From Nemertoderma westbladi (taxonomy: Eukaryota > Animalia > Xenacoelomorpha): a stretch of 64,000 nucleotides of DNA. Positions 29,117 to 43,287 of this stretch are shown here, piece by piece. Each line of letters starts with the position of its first letter. The stretch's first letter is position 1. Both the position numbers and the translations under genes were made by a program. The notes beneath the pieces are model-generated. The model saw only the letters and a list, made by a program, of their open reading frames with translations. It did not search any database and was not told the DNA's origin. The DNA lies in the NCBI GenBank assembly GCA_032718475.1, contig JAUCBJ010009144.1:74841-138840 (forward strand), written 5' to 3'.

Positions 29117-32100
29117 TTTGAGAAATAAGTAGCCTATCTCCCTATTAATATTGTTGTGTTCTAGAATATTTAATATAGTTTCATCGTATTGCTAAAGTGG
29201 CTGGAGCTGAAGTTGACTCATAATACAATAATTCACCTCAAATATCTCAGCTATTTCATGAACATAATGAAGTATTAAATCCATGTCAAATTCCTTGGTA
29301 TTTTTCTGCAATAATTTATCAAAATATCCTCTGATTTTTTTCAAAAACCATATCAATTTTCATATTTATAACTTCTATCCCACTCCACGAGATAAAGAAT
29401 CTTAAATGAAAGTCAAAAGAACAGGTAACACTTACATTTATAGAAGTAATCAGCTGTTATTTGCTACATCTTTCCGCTGGAGATGGATGAATTTTGATTG
29501 TGTCAGAACACCCCCTATCTGTGGCTGTCTGAGTTGAGAAATAAGTAGCCTATCTCCCTATTAATATTGTTGTGTTCTAGAATATTTATTATAGTTTCAT
29601 CGTGTTGCTAAAGTGGCTGGAGCTAAAGTTATTATGTAATGCAATAATTCACCTCAAATATCTCAGCTATTTCATGAACATAATGAAGTATTAAAGCCAT
29701 GTCAAAATCCTTGGTGTTTTTCTGCAATAATTTAACAAAATATCCTCTGATTTTTTACAAAAATCATATCGATTTTCATATTTATAACTTCTATCCCACT
29801 CAACGAGATAAAGAATCTTAAATGAAAGTCAAAAGAACAGGTAACACTTACATTTATAGAAGTAATCAGCTGTTATTTGCTACGTCTTTCCGCTGGAGAT
29901 GGATGAATTTTGATTGCGTTGGAACACCCCCTATCTGTGGCTGTGTGAGTGGAGAGATAAGTAGCCTATCTCCCTGTTAATATTGTTGTGTTCTAGAATA
30001 TTTATTATAGTTTCATCGTATTGCCAAAGTGACTAGAGCTGAAGTTGACTCATAATACAATAATTCACCTCAAATATCTCAGCTATTTCATGAACATAAT
30101 GAAGTATTAAATCCATGTCAAAATCCTTGGTATTTTTATGCAATAATTTATCAAAATATCCTCTGATTTTTTTCAAAAACCATATCAATTTTCATATTTA
30201 TAACTTCTATCCCACTCCACGAGATAAAGAATCTTAAATGAAAGTCAAAAGAACAGGTAACACTTACATTTATAGAAGTAATCAGCTGTTATTTGCTACG
30301 TCTTTCCGCTGGAGATGGATGAATTTTGATTGTGTCAGAACACCCCCCATCTGTGGCTGTCTGATTTGAGAAATAAGTAGCCTATCTCCCTATTAATATT
30401 GTTGTGTTCTAGAATATTTAATATAGTTTCATCGTATTGCTAAAGTGGCTGGAGCTGAAGTTGACTCATAATACAATAATTCACCTCAAATATCTCAGCT
30501 ATTTCATGAACATAATGAAGTATTAAATCCATGTCAAATTCCTTGGTATTTTTCTGCAATAATTTATCAAAATATCCTCTGATTTTTTTCAAAAACCATA
30601 TCAATTTTCATATTTATAACTTCTATCCCACTCCACGAGATAAAGAATCTTAAATGAAAGTCAAAAGAACAGGTAACACTTACATTTATAGAAGTAATCA
30701 GCTGTTATTTGCTACATCTTTCCGCTGGAGATGGATGAATTTTGATTGTGTCAGAACACCCCCTATCTGTGGCTGTCTGAGTTGAGAAATAAGTAGCCTA
30801 TCTCCCTATTAATATTGTTGTGTTCTAGAATATTTATTATAGTTTCATCGTATTGCTAAAGTGGCTGGAGCTAAAGTTATTATGTAATGCAATAATTCAC
30901 CTCAAATATCTCAGCTATTTCATGAACATAATGAAGTATTAAAGCCATGTCAAAATCCTTGGTGTTTTTCTGCAATAATTTAACAAAATATCCTCTGATT
31001 TTTTACAAAAATCATATCGATTTTCATATTTATAACTTCTATCCCACTCAACGAGATAAAGTATCTTAAATGAAAGTCAAAAGAACAGGTAACACTTACA
31101 TTTATAGAAGTAATCAGCTGTTATTTGCTACGTCTTTCCGCTGGAGATGGATTAATTTTGATTGCGTTGGAACACCCCCTATCTGTGGCTTTCTGAGTGG
31201 AGAGATAAGTATCCTATCTCCCTATTAATATTGTTGTGTTCTAGAATATTTTTTATAGTTTCATCGTATTGCCAAAGTGACTAGAGCTGAAGTTAACTCA
31301 TAATACAATAATTCACCTCAAATATCTCAGCTATTTCAAGAACATAATGAAGTATTAAATCCATGTCAAATTCCTTGGTATTTTTCTGCAATAATTTATC
31401 AAAATATCCTCTGATTTTTTTCAAAAACCATATCAATTTTCATATTAATAACTTCTATCCCACTCAACGAGATAAAGTATCTTGTTGTGTTCTAGAATAT
31501 TTTTTATAGTTTCATCGTATTGCCAAAGTGACAAGAGCTGAAGTTGTCTCATAATACAATAATTCACCTCAAATATCTCAGCTATTTCATGAACATAATG
31601 AAGTATTAAATCCATGTCAAAATCCTTGGTATTTTTCTGCAATAATTTATCAAAATATCCTCTGATTTTTTTCAAAAACCATATCAATTTTCATATTTAT
31701 AACTTCTATCCCACTCCACGAGATAGAGAATCTTAAATGAACATCAAAAGAACAGGTAACACTTACATTTATAGAAGTAATCAGCTGTTATTTGCTACGT
31801 CTTTCCGCTGGAGATGGATGAATTTTGATTGCGTTGGAACACCCCCTATCTGTGGCTTTCTGAGTGGAGAGATAAGTATCCTATCTCCCTATTAATATTG
31901 TTGTGTTCTAGAATATTTTTTATAGTTTCATCGTATTGCCAAAGTGACTAGAGCTGAAGTTTACTCATAATACAATAATTCACCTCAAATATCTCAGCTA
32001 TTTCATGAACATAATGAAGTATTAAATCCATGTCAAAATCCTTGGTATTTTTCTGCAATAATTTATCAAAATATCCTCTGATTTTTTTCAAAAACCATAT

Positions 32101-35100
32101 CAATTTTCATATTTATAACTTCTATCCCACTCCACGAGATAGAGAATCTTAAATGAACATCAAAAGAACAGGTAACACTTACATTTATAGAAGTAATCAG
32201 CTGTTATTTGCTACGTCTTTCCGCTGGGGAAGGATGAATTTTGATTGCGTTGGAACACCCCCTATCTGTGGCTTTCTGAGTGGAGAGATAAGTATCCTAT
32301 CTCCCTATTAATATTGTTGTGTTCTGGAATATTTTTTATAGTTTCATCGTATTGCCAAAGTGACTAGAGCTGAAGTTTACTCATAATACAATAATTCACC
32401 TCAAATATCTCAGCTATTTCATGAACATAATGAAGTATTAAATCCATGTCAAAATAATTGGTGTTTTTCTGCAATAATTTATCAAAATATCCTCTGATTC
32501 TTTACTATAACCATATCGATTTTAATATTTATAACTTCTAACCCACTCCACGAGATAGATAATCTTAAATGAAAATCAAAAGAACAGGTAACACTTACAT
32601 TTATAGAAGTAATCAGCTGTTATTTGCTACGTCTTTCCGCTGAAGATGAATGAATTTTGATTGTGTCAGAAAACCCCCTATCTGTGGTTGTATGAGTTGA
32701 GAGATAAGTAGCCTATCTCCCTATTAATATTGTTGTGTTCTAGAATATTTATTATAGTTTCATCGCATTGCTAAAGTGGCTGGAGCTAAAGTTATTATGT
32801 AATGCAATAATTCACCTCAAATATCTCAGCTATTTCATGAACATAATGAAGTATTAAATCCATGTCAAAATCCTTGGTATTTTTCTGCAATAATTTATCA
32901 AAATATCCTCTGATTTTTTTCAAAAACCATATCAATTTTCATATTTATAACTTCTATCCCACTCCACGAGATAAAGAATCATAAATGAAAGTCAAAAGAA
33001 CAGGTAACACTTACATTTATAGAAGTAATCAGCTGTTATTTGCTACGTCTTTCCGCTGGAGATGGATGAATTTTGATTGTGTCAGAACACCCCCTATCTG
33101 TGGCTGTCTGAGTGGAGAGATAAGTATAGCCTATCTCCCTGTTAATATTGTTGTGTTCTAGAATATTTAATATAGTTTCATCGTATTGCCAAAGTGACTA
33201 GAGCTGAAGTTGACTCATAATACAATAATTCACCTCAAATATCTCAGCTATTTCATGAACATAATGAAGTATTAAATCCATGTCAAAATCCTTGGTATTT
33301 TTCTGCAATAATTTATCAAAATATCCTCTGATTTTTTTAAAAAACCATATCAATTTTCATATTTATAACTTCTATCCCACTCCACGAGATAGAGAATCTT
33401 AAATGAACGTCAAAAGAACAGGTAACACTTACATTTATAGAAGTAATCAGCTGTTATTTGCTACGTCTTTCCGCTGGAGATGGATGAATTTTGATTGCGT
33501 TGGAACACCCCCTATCTGTGGCTTTCTGGGTGGAGAGATAAGTATCCTATCTCCCTATTAATATTGCTGTGTTCTAGAATATTTATTATTGTTTCATCGT
33601 ATTGCTAAAGTCGCTGGAGCTAAAATTATTATGTAATGCAATAATTCAGCTCAAATATCTCAGCTATTTCATGAACATAATGAAGTATTAAAGCCATGTC
33701 AAAATAATTGGTGTTTTTCTGCAATAATTTATCAAAATATCCTCTGATTCTTTACTATAACCATATCGATTTTAATATTTATAACTTCTAACCCACTCCA
33801 CGAGATAGATAATCTTAAATGAAAATCAAAAGAACAGGTAACACTTACATTTATAGAAGTAATCAGCTGTTATTTGCTACGTCTTTCCGCTGTTAGATGG
33901 ATGAATTTTGATTGTGTCAGAACACCCCTATCTGTGGCTGTCTGAGTTGAGAGATAAGTAGCCTATCTCCCTATTAATATTGTTGTGTTCTAGAATATTT
34001 ATTATAGTTTCATCGCATTGCTAAAGTGGCTGGAGCTAAAGTTATTATGTAATGCAATAATTGACCTCAAATATCTCAGCTATTTCATGAACATAATGAA
34101 GTATTAAATCCATGTCAAAATCCTTGTTATTTTTCTGCAATAATTTATCAAAATATCCTCTGATTTTTTTCAAAAACCATATCAATTTTCATATTTATAA
34201 CTTCTATCCCACTCCACGAGATAAAGTATCTTAAATGAAAGTCAAAAGAACAGGTAACACTTACATTTATAGAAGTAATCAGCTGTTATTTGCTACGTCT
34301 TTCCGCTGGAGATGGATTAATTTTGATTGCGTTGGAACACCCCCTATCTGTGGCTTTCTGAGTGGAGAGATAAGTATCCTATCTCCCTATTAATATTGTT
34401 GTGTTCTAGAATATTTTTTATAGTTTCATCGTATTGCCAAAGTGACTAGAGCTGAAGTTAACTCATAATACAATAATTCACCTCAAATATCTCAGCTATT
34501 TCATGAACATAATGAAGTATTAAAGCCATGTCAAAATCATTGGTGTTTTTCTGCAATAATTTATCAAAATATCCTCTGATTTTTTTCAAAAACCACATCG
34601 ATTTTCTTATTTATAACTTCTATCCCACTCCACGAGATAGAGAATCTTAAATGAACGTCAAAAGAACAGGTAACACTTACATTTATAGCAGTAATCAGCT
34701 GTTATTTGCTACGTCTTTCCGTAGGAGATGGATGAATTTTGATTGCGTTGGAACACCCCCTATCTGTGGCTGTCTGAGTGGAGAGATAAGTAGCCTATCT
34801 CCCTGTTAATATTGTTGTGTTCTAGAATATTTATTATAGTTTCATCGTATTGCCAAAGTGACTAGAGCTGAAGTTGACTCATAATACAATAATTCACCTC
34901 AAATATCTCAGCTATTTCAAGAACATAATGAAGTATTAAATCCATGTCAAATTCCTTGGTATTTTTCTGCAATAATTTATCAAAATATCCTCTGATTTTT
35001 TTCAAAAACCATATCAATTTTCATATTAATAACTTCTATCCCACTCAACGAGATAAAGTATCTTGTTGTGTTCTAGAATATTTTTTATAGTTTCATCGTA

Positions 35101-38100
35101 TTGCCAAAGTGACAAGAGCTGAAGTTGTCTCATAATACAATAATTCACCTCAAATATCTCAGCTATTTCATGAACATAATGAAGTATTAAATCCATGTCA
35201 AAATCCTTGGTATTTTTCTGCAATAATTTATCAAAATATCCTCTGATTTTTTTCAAAAACCATATCAATTTTCATATTTATAACTTCTATCCCACTCCAC
35301 GAGATAGAGAATCTTAAATGAACATCAAAAGAACAGGTAACACTTACATTTATAGAAGTAATCAGCTGTTATTTGCTACGTCTTTCCGCTGGAGATGGAT
35401 GAATTTTGATTGCGTTGGAACACCCCCTATCTGTGGCTTTCTGAGTGGAGAGATAAGTATCCTATCTCCCTATTAATATTGTTGTGTTCTAGAATATTTT
35501 TTATAGTTTCATCGTATTGCCAAAGTGACTAGAGCTGAAGTTTACTCATAATACAATAATTCACCTCAAATATCTCAGCTATTTCATGAACATAATGAAG
35601 TATTAAATCCATGTCAAAATCCTTGGTATTTTTCTGCAATAATTTATCAAAATATCCTCTGATTTTTTTCAAAAACCATATCAATTTTCATATTTATAAC
35701 TTCTATCCCACTCCACGAGATAGAGAATCTTAAATGAACATCAAAAGAACAGGTAACACTTACATTTATAGAAGTAATCAGCTGTTATTTGCTACGTCTT
35801 TCCGCTGGGGATGGATGAATTTTGATTGCGTTGGAACACCCCCTATCTGTGGCTTTCTGAGTGGAGAGATAAGTATCCTATCTCCCTATTAATATTGTTG
35901 TGTTCTGGAATATTTTTTATAGTTTCATCGTATTGCCAAAGTGACTAGAGCTGAAGTTTACTCATAATACAATAATTCACCTCAAATATCTCAGCTATTT
36001 CATGAACATAATGAAGTATTAAATCCATGTCAAAATAATTGGTGTTTTTCTGCAATAATTTATCAAAATATCCTCTGATTCTTTACTATAACCATATCGA
36101 TTTTAATATTTATAACTTCTAACCCACTCCACGAGATAGATAATCTTAAATGAAAATCAAAAGAACAGGTAACACTTACATTTATAGAAGTAATCAGCTG
36201 TTATTTGCTACGTCTTTCCGCTGAAGATGAATGAATTTTGATTGTGTCAGAAAACCCCCTATCTGTGGTTGTATGAGTTGAGAGATAAGTAGCCTATCTC
36301 CCTATTAATATTGTTGTGTTCTTGAATATTTATTATAGTTTCATCGCATTGCTAAAGTGGCTGGAGCTAAAGTTATTATGTAATGCAATAATTCACCTCA
36401 AATATCTCAGCTATTTCATGAACATAATGAAGTATTAAATCCATGTCAAAATCCTTGGTATTTTTCTGCAATAATTTATCAAAATATCCTCTGATTTTTT
36501 TCAAAAACCATATCAATTTTCATATTTATAACTTCTATCCCACTCCACGAGATAGAGAATCTTAAATGAACATCAAAAGAACAGGTAACACTTACATTTA
36601 TAGAAGTAATCAGCTGTTATTTGGTACGTCTTTCCGCTGGAGATGGATGAATTTTGATTGCGTTGGAACACCCCCTATCTGTGGCTTTCTGAGTGGAGAG
36701 ATAAGTATCCTATCTCCCTATTAATATTGTTGTGTTCTAGAATATTTTTTATAGTTTCATCGTATTGCCAAAGTGACTAGAGCTGAAGTTAACTCATAAT
36801 ACAATAATTCACCTCAAATATCTCAGCTATTTCATGAACATAATGAAGTATTAAAGCCATGTCAAAATCATTGGTGTTTTTCTGCAATAATTTATCAAAA
36901 TATCCTCTGATTTTTTTCAAAAACCACATCGATTTTCTTATTTATAACTTCTATCCCACTCCACGAGATAGAGAATCTTAAATGAACGTCAAAAGAACAG
37001 GTAACACTTACATTTATAGCAGTAATCAGCTGTTATTTGCTACGTCTTTCCGTAGGAGATGGATGAATTTTGATTGCGTTGGAACACCCCCTATCTGTGG
37101 CTGTCTGAGTGGAGAGATAAGTAGCCTATCTCCCTGTTAATATTGTTGTGTTCTAGAATATTTATTATAGTTTCATCGTATTGCCAAAGTGACTAGAGCT
37201 GAAGTTGACTCATAATACAATAATTCACCTCAAATATCTCAGCTATTTCAAGAACATAATGAAGTATTAAATCCATGTCAAATTCCTTGGTATTTTTCTG
37301 CAATAATTTATCAAAATATCCTCTGATTTTTTTCAAAAACCATATCAATTTTCATATTAATAACTTCTATCCCACTCAACGAGATAAAGTATCTTGTTGT
37401 GTTCTAGAATATTTTTTATAGTTTCATCGTATTGCCAAAGTGACAAGAGCTGAAGTTGTCTCATAATACAATAATTCACCTCAAATATCTCAGCTATTTC
37501 ATGAACATAATGAAGTATTAAATCCATGTCAAAATCCTTGGTATTTTTCTGCAATAATTTATCAAAATATCCTCTGATTTTTTTCAAAAACCATATCAAT
37601 TTTCATATTTATAACTTCTATCCCACTCCACGAGATAGAGAATCTTAAATGAACATCAAAAGAACAGGTAACACTTACATTTATAGAAGTAATCAGCTGT
37701 TATTTGCTACGTCTTTCCGCTGGAGATGGATGAATTTTGATTGCGTTGGAACACCCCCTATCTGTGGCTTTCTGAGTGGAGAGATAAGTATCCTATCTCC
37801 CTATTAATATTGTTGTGTTCTAGAATATTTTTTATAGTTTCATCGTATTGCCAAAGTGACTAGAGCTGAAGTTTACTCATAATACAATAATTCACCTCAA
37901 ATATCTCAGCTATTTCATGAACATAATGAAGTATTAAATCCATGTCAAAATCCTTGGTATTTTTCTGCAATAATTTATCAAAATATCCTCTGATTTTTTT
38001 CAAAAACCATATCAATTTTCATATTTATAACTTCTATCCCACTCCACGAGATAGAGAATCTTAAATGAACATCAAAAGAACAGGTAACACTTACATTTAT

Positions 38101-41100
38101 AGAAGTAATCAGCTGTTATTTGCTACGTCTTTCCGCTGGGGATGGATGAATTTTGATTGCGTTGGAACACCCCCTATCTGTGGCTTTCTGAGTGGAGAGA
38201 TAAGTATCCTATCTCCCTATTAATATTGTTGTGTTCTGGAATATTTTTTATAGTTTCATCGTATTGCCAAAGTGACTAGAGCTGAAGTTTACTCATAATA
38301 CAATAATTCACCTCAAATATCTCAGCTATTTCATGAACATAATGAAGTATTAAATCCATGTCAAAATAATTGGTGTTTTTCTGCAATAATTTATCAAAAT
38401 ATCCTCTGATTCTTTACTATAACCATATCGATTTTAATATTTATAACTTCTAACCCACTCCACGAGATAGATAATCTTAAATGAAAATCAAAAGAACAGG
38501 TAACACTTACATTTATAGAAGTAATCAGCTGTTATTTGCTGCGTCTTTCCGCTGAAGATGAATGAATTTTGATTGTGTCAGAAAACCCCCTATCTGTGGT
38601 TGTATGAGTTGAGAGATAAGTAGCCTATCTCCCTATTAATATTGTTGTGTTCTAGAATATTTATTATAGTTTCATCGCATTGCTAAAGTGGCTGGAGCTA
38701 AAGTTATTATGTAATGCAATAATTCACCTCAAATATCTCAGCTATTTCATGAACATAATGAAGTATTAAATCCATGTCAAAATCCTTGGTATTTTTCTGC
38801 AATAATTTATCAAAATATCCTCTGATTTTTTTCAAAAACCATATCAATTTTCATATTTATAACTTCTATCCCACTCCACGAGATAAAGAATCATAAATGA
38901 AAGTCAAAAGAACAGGTAACACGTACATTTATAGAAGTAATCAGCTGTTATTTGCTACGTCTTTCCGCTGGAGATGGATGAATTTTGATTGTGTCAGAAC
39001 ACCCCCTATCTGTGGCTGTCTGAGTGGAGAGATAAGTATAGCCTATCTCCCTGTTAATATTGTTGTGTTCTAGAATATTTAATATAGTTTCATCGTATTT
39101 CCAAAGTGACTAGAGCTGAAGTTGACTCATAATACAATAATTCACCTCAAATATCTCAGCTATTTCATGAACATAATGAAGTATTAAATCCATGTCAAAA
39201 TCCTTGGTATTTTTCTGCAATAATTTATCAAAATATCCTCTGATTTTTTTAAAAAACCATATCAATTTTCATATTTATAACTTCTATCCCACTCCACGAG
39301 ATAGAGAATCTTAAATGAACGTCAAAAGAACAGGTAACACTTACATTTATAGAAGTAATCAGCTGTTATTTGCTACGTCTTTCCGCTGGAGATGGATGAA
39401 TTTTGATTGCGTTGGAACACCCCCTATCTGTGGCTTTCTGGGTGGAGAGATAAGTATCCTATCTCCCTATTAATATTGCTGTGTTCTAGAATATTTATTA
39501 TTGTTTCATCGTATTGCTAAAGTCGCTGGAGCTAAAATTATTATGTAATGCAATAATTCAGCTCAAATATCTCAGCTATTTCATGAACATAATGAAGTAT
39601 TAAAGCCATGTCAAAATAATTGGTGTTTTTCTGCAATAATTTATCAAAATATCCTCTGATTCTTTACTATAACCATATCGATTTTAATATTTATAACTTC
39701 TAACCCACTCCACGAGATAGATAATCTTAAATGAAAATCAAAAGAACAGGTAACACTTACATTTATAGAAGTAATCAGCTGTTATTTGCTACGTCTTTCC
39801 GCTGTTAGATGGATGAATTTTGATTGTGTCAGAACACCCCTATCTGTGGCTGTCTGAGTTGAGAGATAAGTAGCCTATCTCCCTATTAATATTGTTGTGT
39901 TCTAGAATATTTATTATAGTTTCATCGCATTGCTAAAGTGGCTGGAGCTAAAGTTATTATGTAATGCAATAATTGACCTCAAATATCTCAGCTATTTCAT
40001 GAACATAATGAAGTATTAAATCCATGTCAAAATCCTTGGTATTTTTCTGCAATAATTTATCAAAATATCCTCTGATTTTTTTCAAAAACCATATCAATTT
40101 TCATATTTATAACTTCTATCCCACTCCACGAGATAAAGTATCTTAAATGAAAGTCAAAAGAACAGGTAACACTTAAATTTATAGAAGTAATCAGCTGTTA
40201 TTTGCTACGTCTTTCCGCTGGAGATGGATTAATTTTGATTGCGTTGGAACACCCCCTATCTGTGGCTTTCTGAGTGGAGAGATAAGTATCCTATCTCCCT
40301 ATTAATATTGTTGTGTTCTAGAATATTTAATATAGTTTCATCGTATTGCCAAAGTGACTAGAGCTGAAGTTGACTCATAATACAATAATTCACCTCAAAT
40401 ATCTCAGCTATTTCATGAACATAATGAAGTATTAAATCCATGTCAAATTCCTTGGTATTTTTCTGCAATAATTTATCAAAATATCCTCTGATTTTTTTCA
40501 AAAACCATATCAATTTTCATATTTATAACTTCTATCCCACTCCACGAGATAAAGAATCTTAAATGAAAGTCAAAAGAACAGGTAACACTTACATTTATAG
40601 AAGTAATCAGCTGTTATTTGCTACATCTTTCCGCTGGAGATGGATGAATTTTGATTGTGTCAGAACACCCCCTATCTGTGGCTGTCTGAGTTGAGAAATA
40701 AGTAGCCTATCTCCCTATTAATATTGTTGTGTTCTAGAATATTTATTATAGTTTCATCGTATTGCTAAAGTGGCTGGAGCTAAAGTTATTATGTAATGCA
40801 ATAATTCACCTCAAATATCTCAGCTATTTCATGAACATAATGAAGTATTAAAGCCATGTCAAAATCCTTGGTGTTTTTCTGCAATAATTTAACAAAATAT
40901 CCTCTGATTTTTTACAAAAATCATATCGATTTTCATATTTATAACTTCTATCCCACTCAACGAGATAAAGTAGCTTAAATGAAAGTCAAAAGAACAGGTA
41001 ACACTTACATTTATAGAAGTAATCAGCTGTTATTTGCTACGTCTTTCCGCTGGAGATGGATTAATTTTGATTGCGTTGGAACACCCCCTATCTGTGGCTT

Positions 41101-41712
41101 TCTGAGTGGAGAGATAAGTATCCTATCTCCCTATTAATATTGTTGTGTTCTAGAATATTTTATATAGTTTCATCGTATTGCCAAAGTGACAAGAGCTGAA
41201 GTTGTCTCATAATACAATAATTCACCTCAAATATCTCAGCTATTTCATGAACATAATGAAGTATTGAATCATTGGTATTTTTCTGCAATAATTTATCAAA
41301 ATATCCTCTGATTTTTTTCAAAAACCATATCAATTTTCATATTTATAACTTCTATCCCACTCCACGAGATAAAGAATCTTAAATGAAAGTCAAAAGAACA
41401 GGTAACACTTACATTTATAGAAGTAATCAGCTGTTATTTGCTACATCTTTCCGCTGGAGATGGATGAATTTTGATTGTGTCAGAACACCCCCTATCTGTG
41501 GCTGTCTGAGTTGAGAAATAAGTAGCCTATCTCCCTATTAATATTGTTGTGTTCTAGAATATTTATTATAGTTTCATCGTATTGCTAAAGTGGCTGGAGC
41601 TAAAGTTATTATGTAATGCAATAATTCACCTCAAATATCTCAGCTATTTCATGAACATAATGAAGTATTAAAGCCATGTCAAAATCCTTGGTGTTTTTCT
41701 GCAATAATTTAA

Positions 41713-43287
41713 CCCTATTAGCACTGGGGGGGGGCCGAATCGGCCCCTTCCTAGTTTTTAGTTGCTGTAACTATACAACCACATTACGTACCGGCCCAAT
41801 TTTTTGTGAGAATTAGCCAAATTTAATGCCGCATCTTTTGCAAAAAACGCCGTTGCAATTGGATTTCTACTTTTCGATGTGGGTGCCACCTCAAAATTTG
41901 GTCTCCAGCACCAAATGTTTTGAAATTTTCGAATTTTACAAAATCATTCGTGATTTAGTAATTATTTATGTTTGGGCTATTTTTATTTATTTTTATTGGT
42001 TTGGATCACTCTAATGTTCTATACAAGTATGTAAGTGTAGTGGTTCGCCATTTTTGGTGCACCAAAATTAGGGCATGGCACTTCAAATTTTGAAAAATAC
42101 GAGATTCGGAAAATACACTAAAGTTTTGATTTGCAAAGCATTTTTATAGGTTTTCTGGAGCGCTGAATCGATTGAAAGTAATATAGAAGCCTGAAGACTT
42201 AGTGGTTCGCCATTTTTGGTGCACCAAAATTAGGGCGTGGCACTTCAAATTTTGAAAAATACGAGATTCGGAAAATTCACTAAAGTTTTGATTTCAAATT
42301 AATTTTATAGGTTTTCTGGAGCGCTGAATCGATTGAAAGTAATATAGAAGCCTGAAGACTTAGTGGTTCGCCATTTTTGGTGCACCAAAATTAGGGCGTG
42401 GCACTTCAAATTTTGAAAAATACGAGATTCGGAAAATTCACTAAAGTTTTGATTTCAAATTAATTTTATAGGTTTTCTGGAGCGCTGAATCGATTGAAAG
42501 TAATATAGAAGCCTCAAATCCTTTGTGTACGTAATTTTCGGTGCACCAAAATTAGGGCGTGGCACTCTAAATTTTCAAAATTACTTTATTCGGAAAAAAC
42601 ACTAAAGTTTTGATTTCAAAAAATGGCTAACTTCTAAGTCTTCAGGCTTCTATATTACTTTCAATCGATTCAGCGGTCTGGAAAACCTATATAAATTCGT
42701 TAAAATTTCAATTTTGGTTTATTTTCCGAATCTCGTATTTTTCAAAATTTGAAGTGCCACGCCCTAATTTTGGTGCACCAAAAATGGCGAACCACTCAGT
42801 CTTCAGGCTTCTATATTACTTTCAATCGATTCAGCGGCCCAGAAAACCCATAAAGATGCGTTGAAATAAAAAAATTAGGGGCATTTTCTGAATATCTAAT
42901 TTTTCAAAATTTGAAGTGCCACGCCCACTTCTTAGGTGCACGAAAAATAGCATCCACTTCAATTTTTGGAAGTGGAATATAATCACATTCGATTCAGCGT
43001 CTTGAAAAACCTACTAAATCTAGCCAACACTGCCACACTATTAGTTTTTAGAAAACGAAAAATTTTGTAATTTTGTCCTGGGACTACTTTTATTTTTCAT
43101 CAAAATTATGAGTCCCTACTTATGAAATTTTAATTTTTTAAGGTTTGGTAGTGTTCATCTATATTGGTTTCACCAACATCCCAAATTTTGTAGGATTTCA
43201 TTGGACGACTACAAAAATATAGTGGGTGGGCCGAATAGCCCCCCCCCCAGTGGTGCTAATGGTCAAAATACCCCAGTGGTAATAGGG
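41713..43287. mobile_element. Non-autonomous piggyBac-like element, family A, complete copy (1575 bp)
   Basis: TTAA at 41709-41712 and 43288-43291. TIR is CCCTATTA(G/C)CACTGGGG, with a subterminal G-run-CCGAATCGG-C-run palindrome. No transposase ORF. Confidence 0.92.
42039..43010. repeat. Internal ~161-bp repeats of family A: about 3.5 direct copies, then about 2.5 inverted copies (foldback)
   Basis: AGTGGTTCGCCATTTTTGGTGCACCAAAATTAGGGC at 42039, 42201 and 42362. From ~42636 the reverse complement (AGTCTTCAGGCTTCTATATTACTTTCAATCGATTCAGCG) occurs at ~42637 and ~42798. Confidence 0.9.

Noticed and set aside
31445-31520. Chromodomain-like look of YDETIKNILEHNKILYLVEWDRSY
   Set aside because: The string is created by a deletion junction between two distant parts of the monomer, and it stops before the rest of a chromodomain.
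21900-43010. CRISPR array interpretation of the palindromic repeats
   Set aside because: The intervening sequence is itself repeated, the context is eukaryotic and there are no cas genes.
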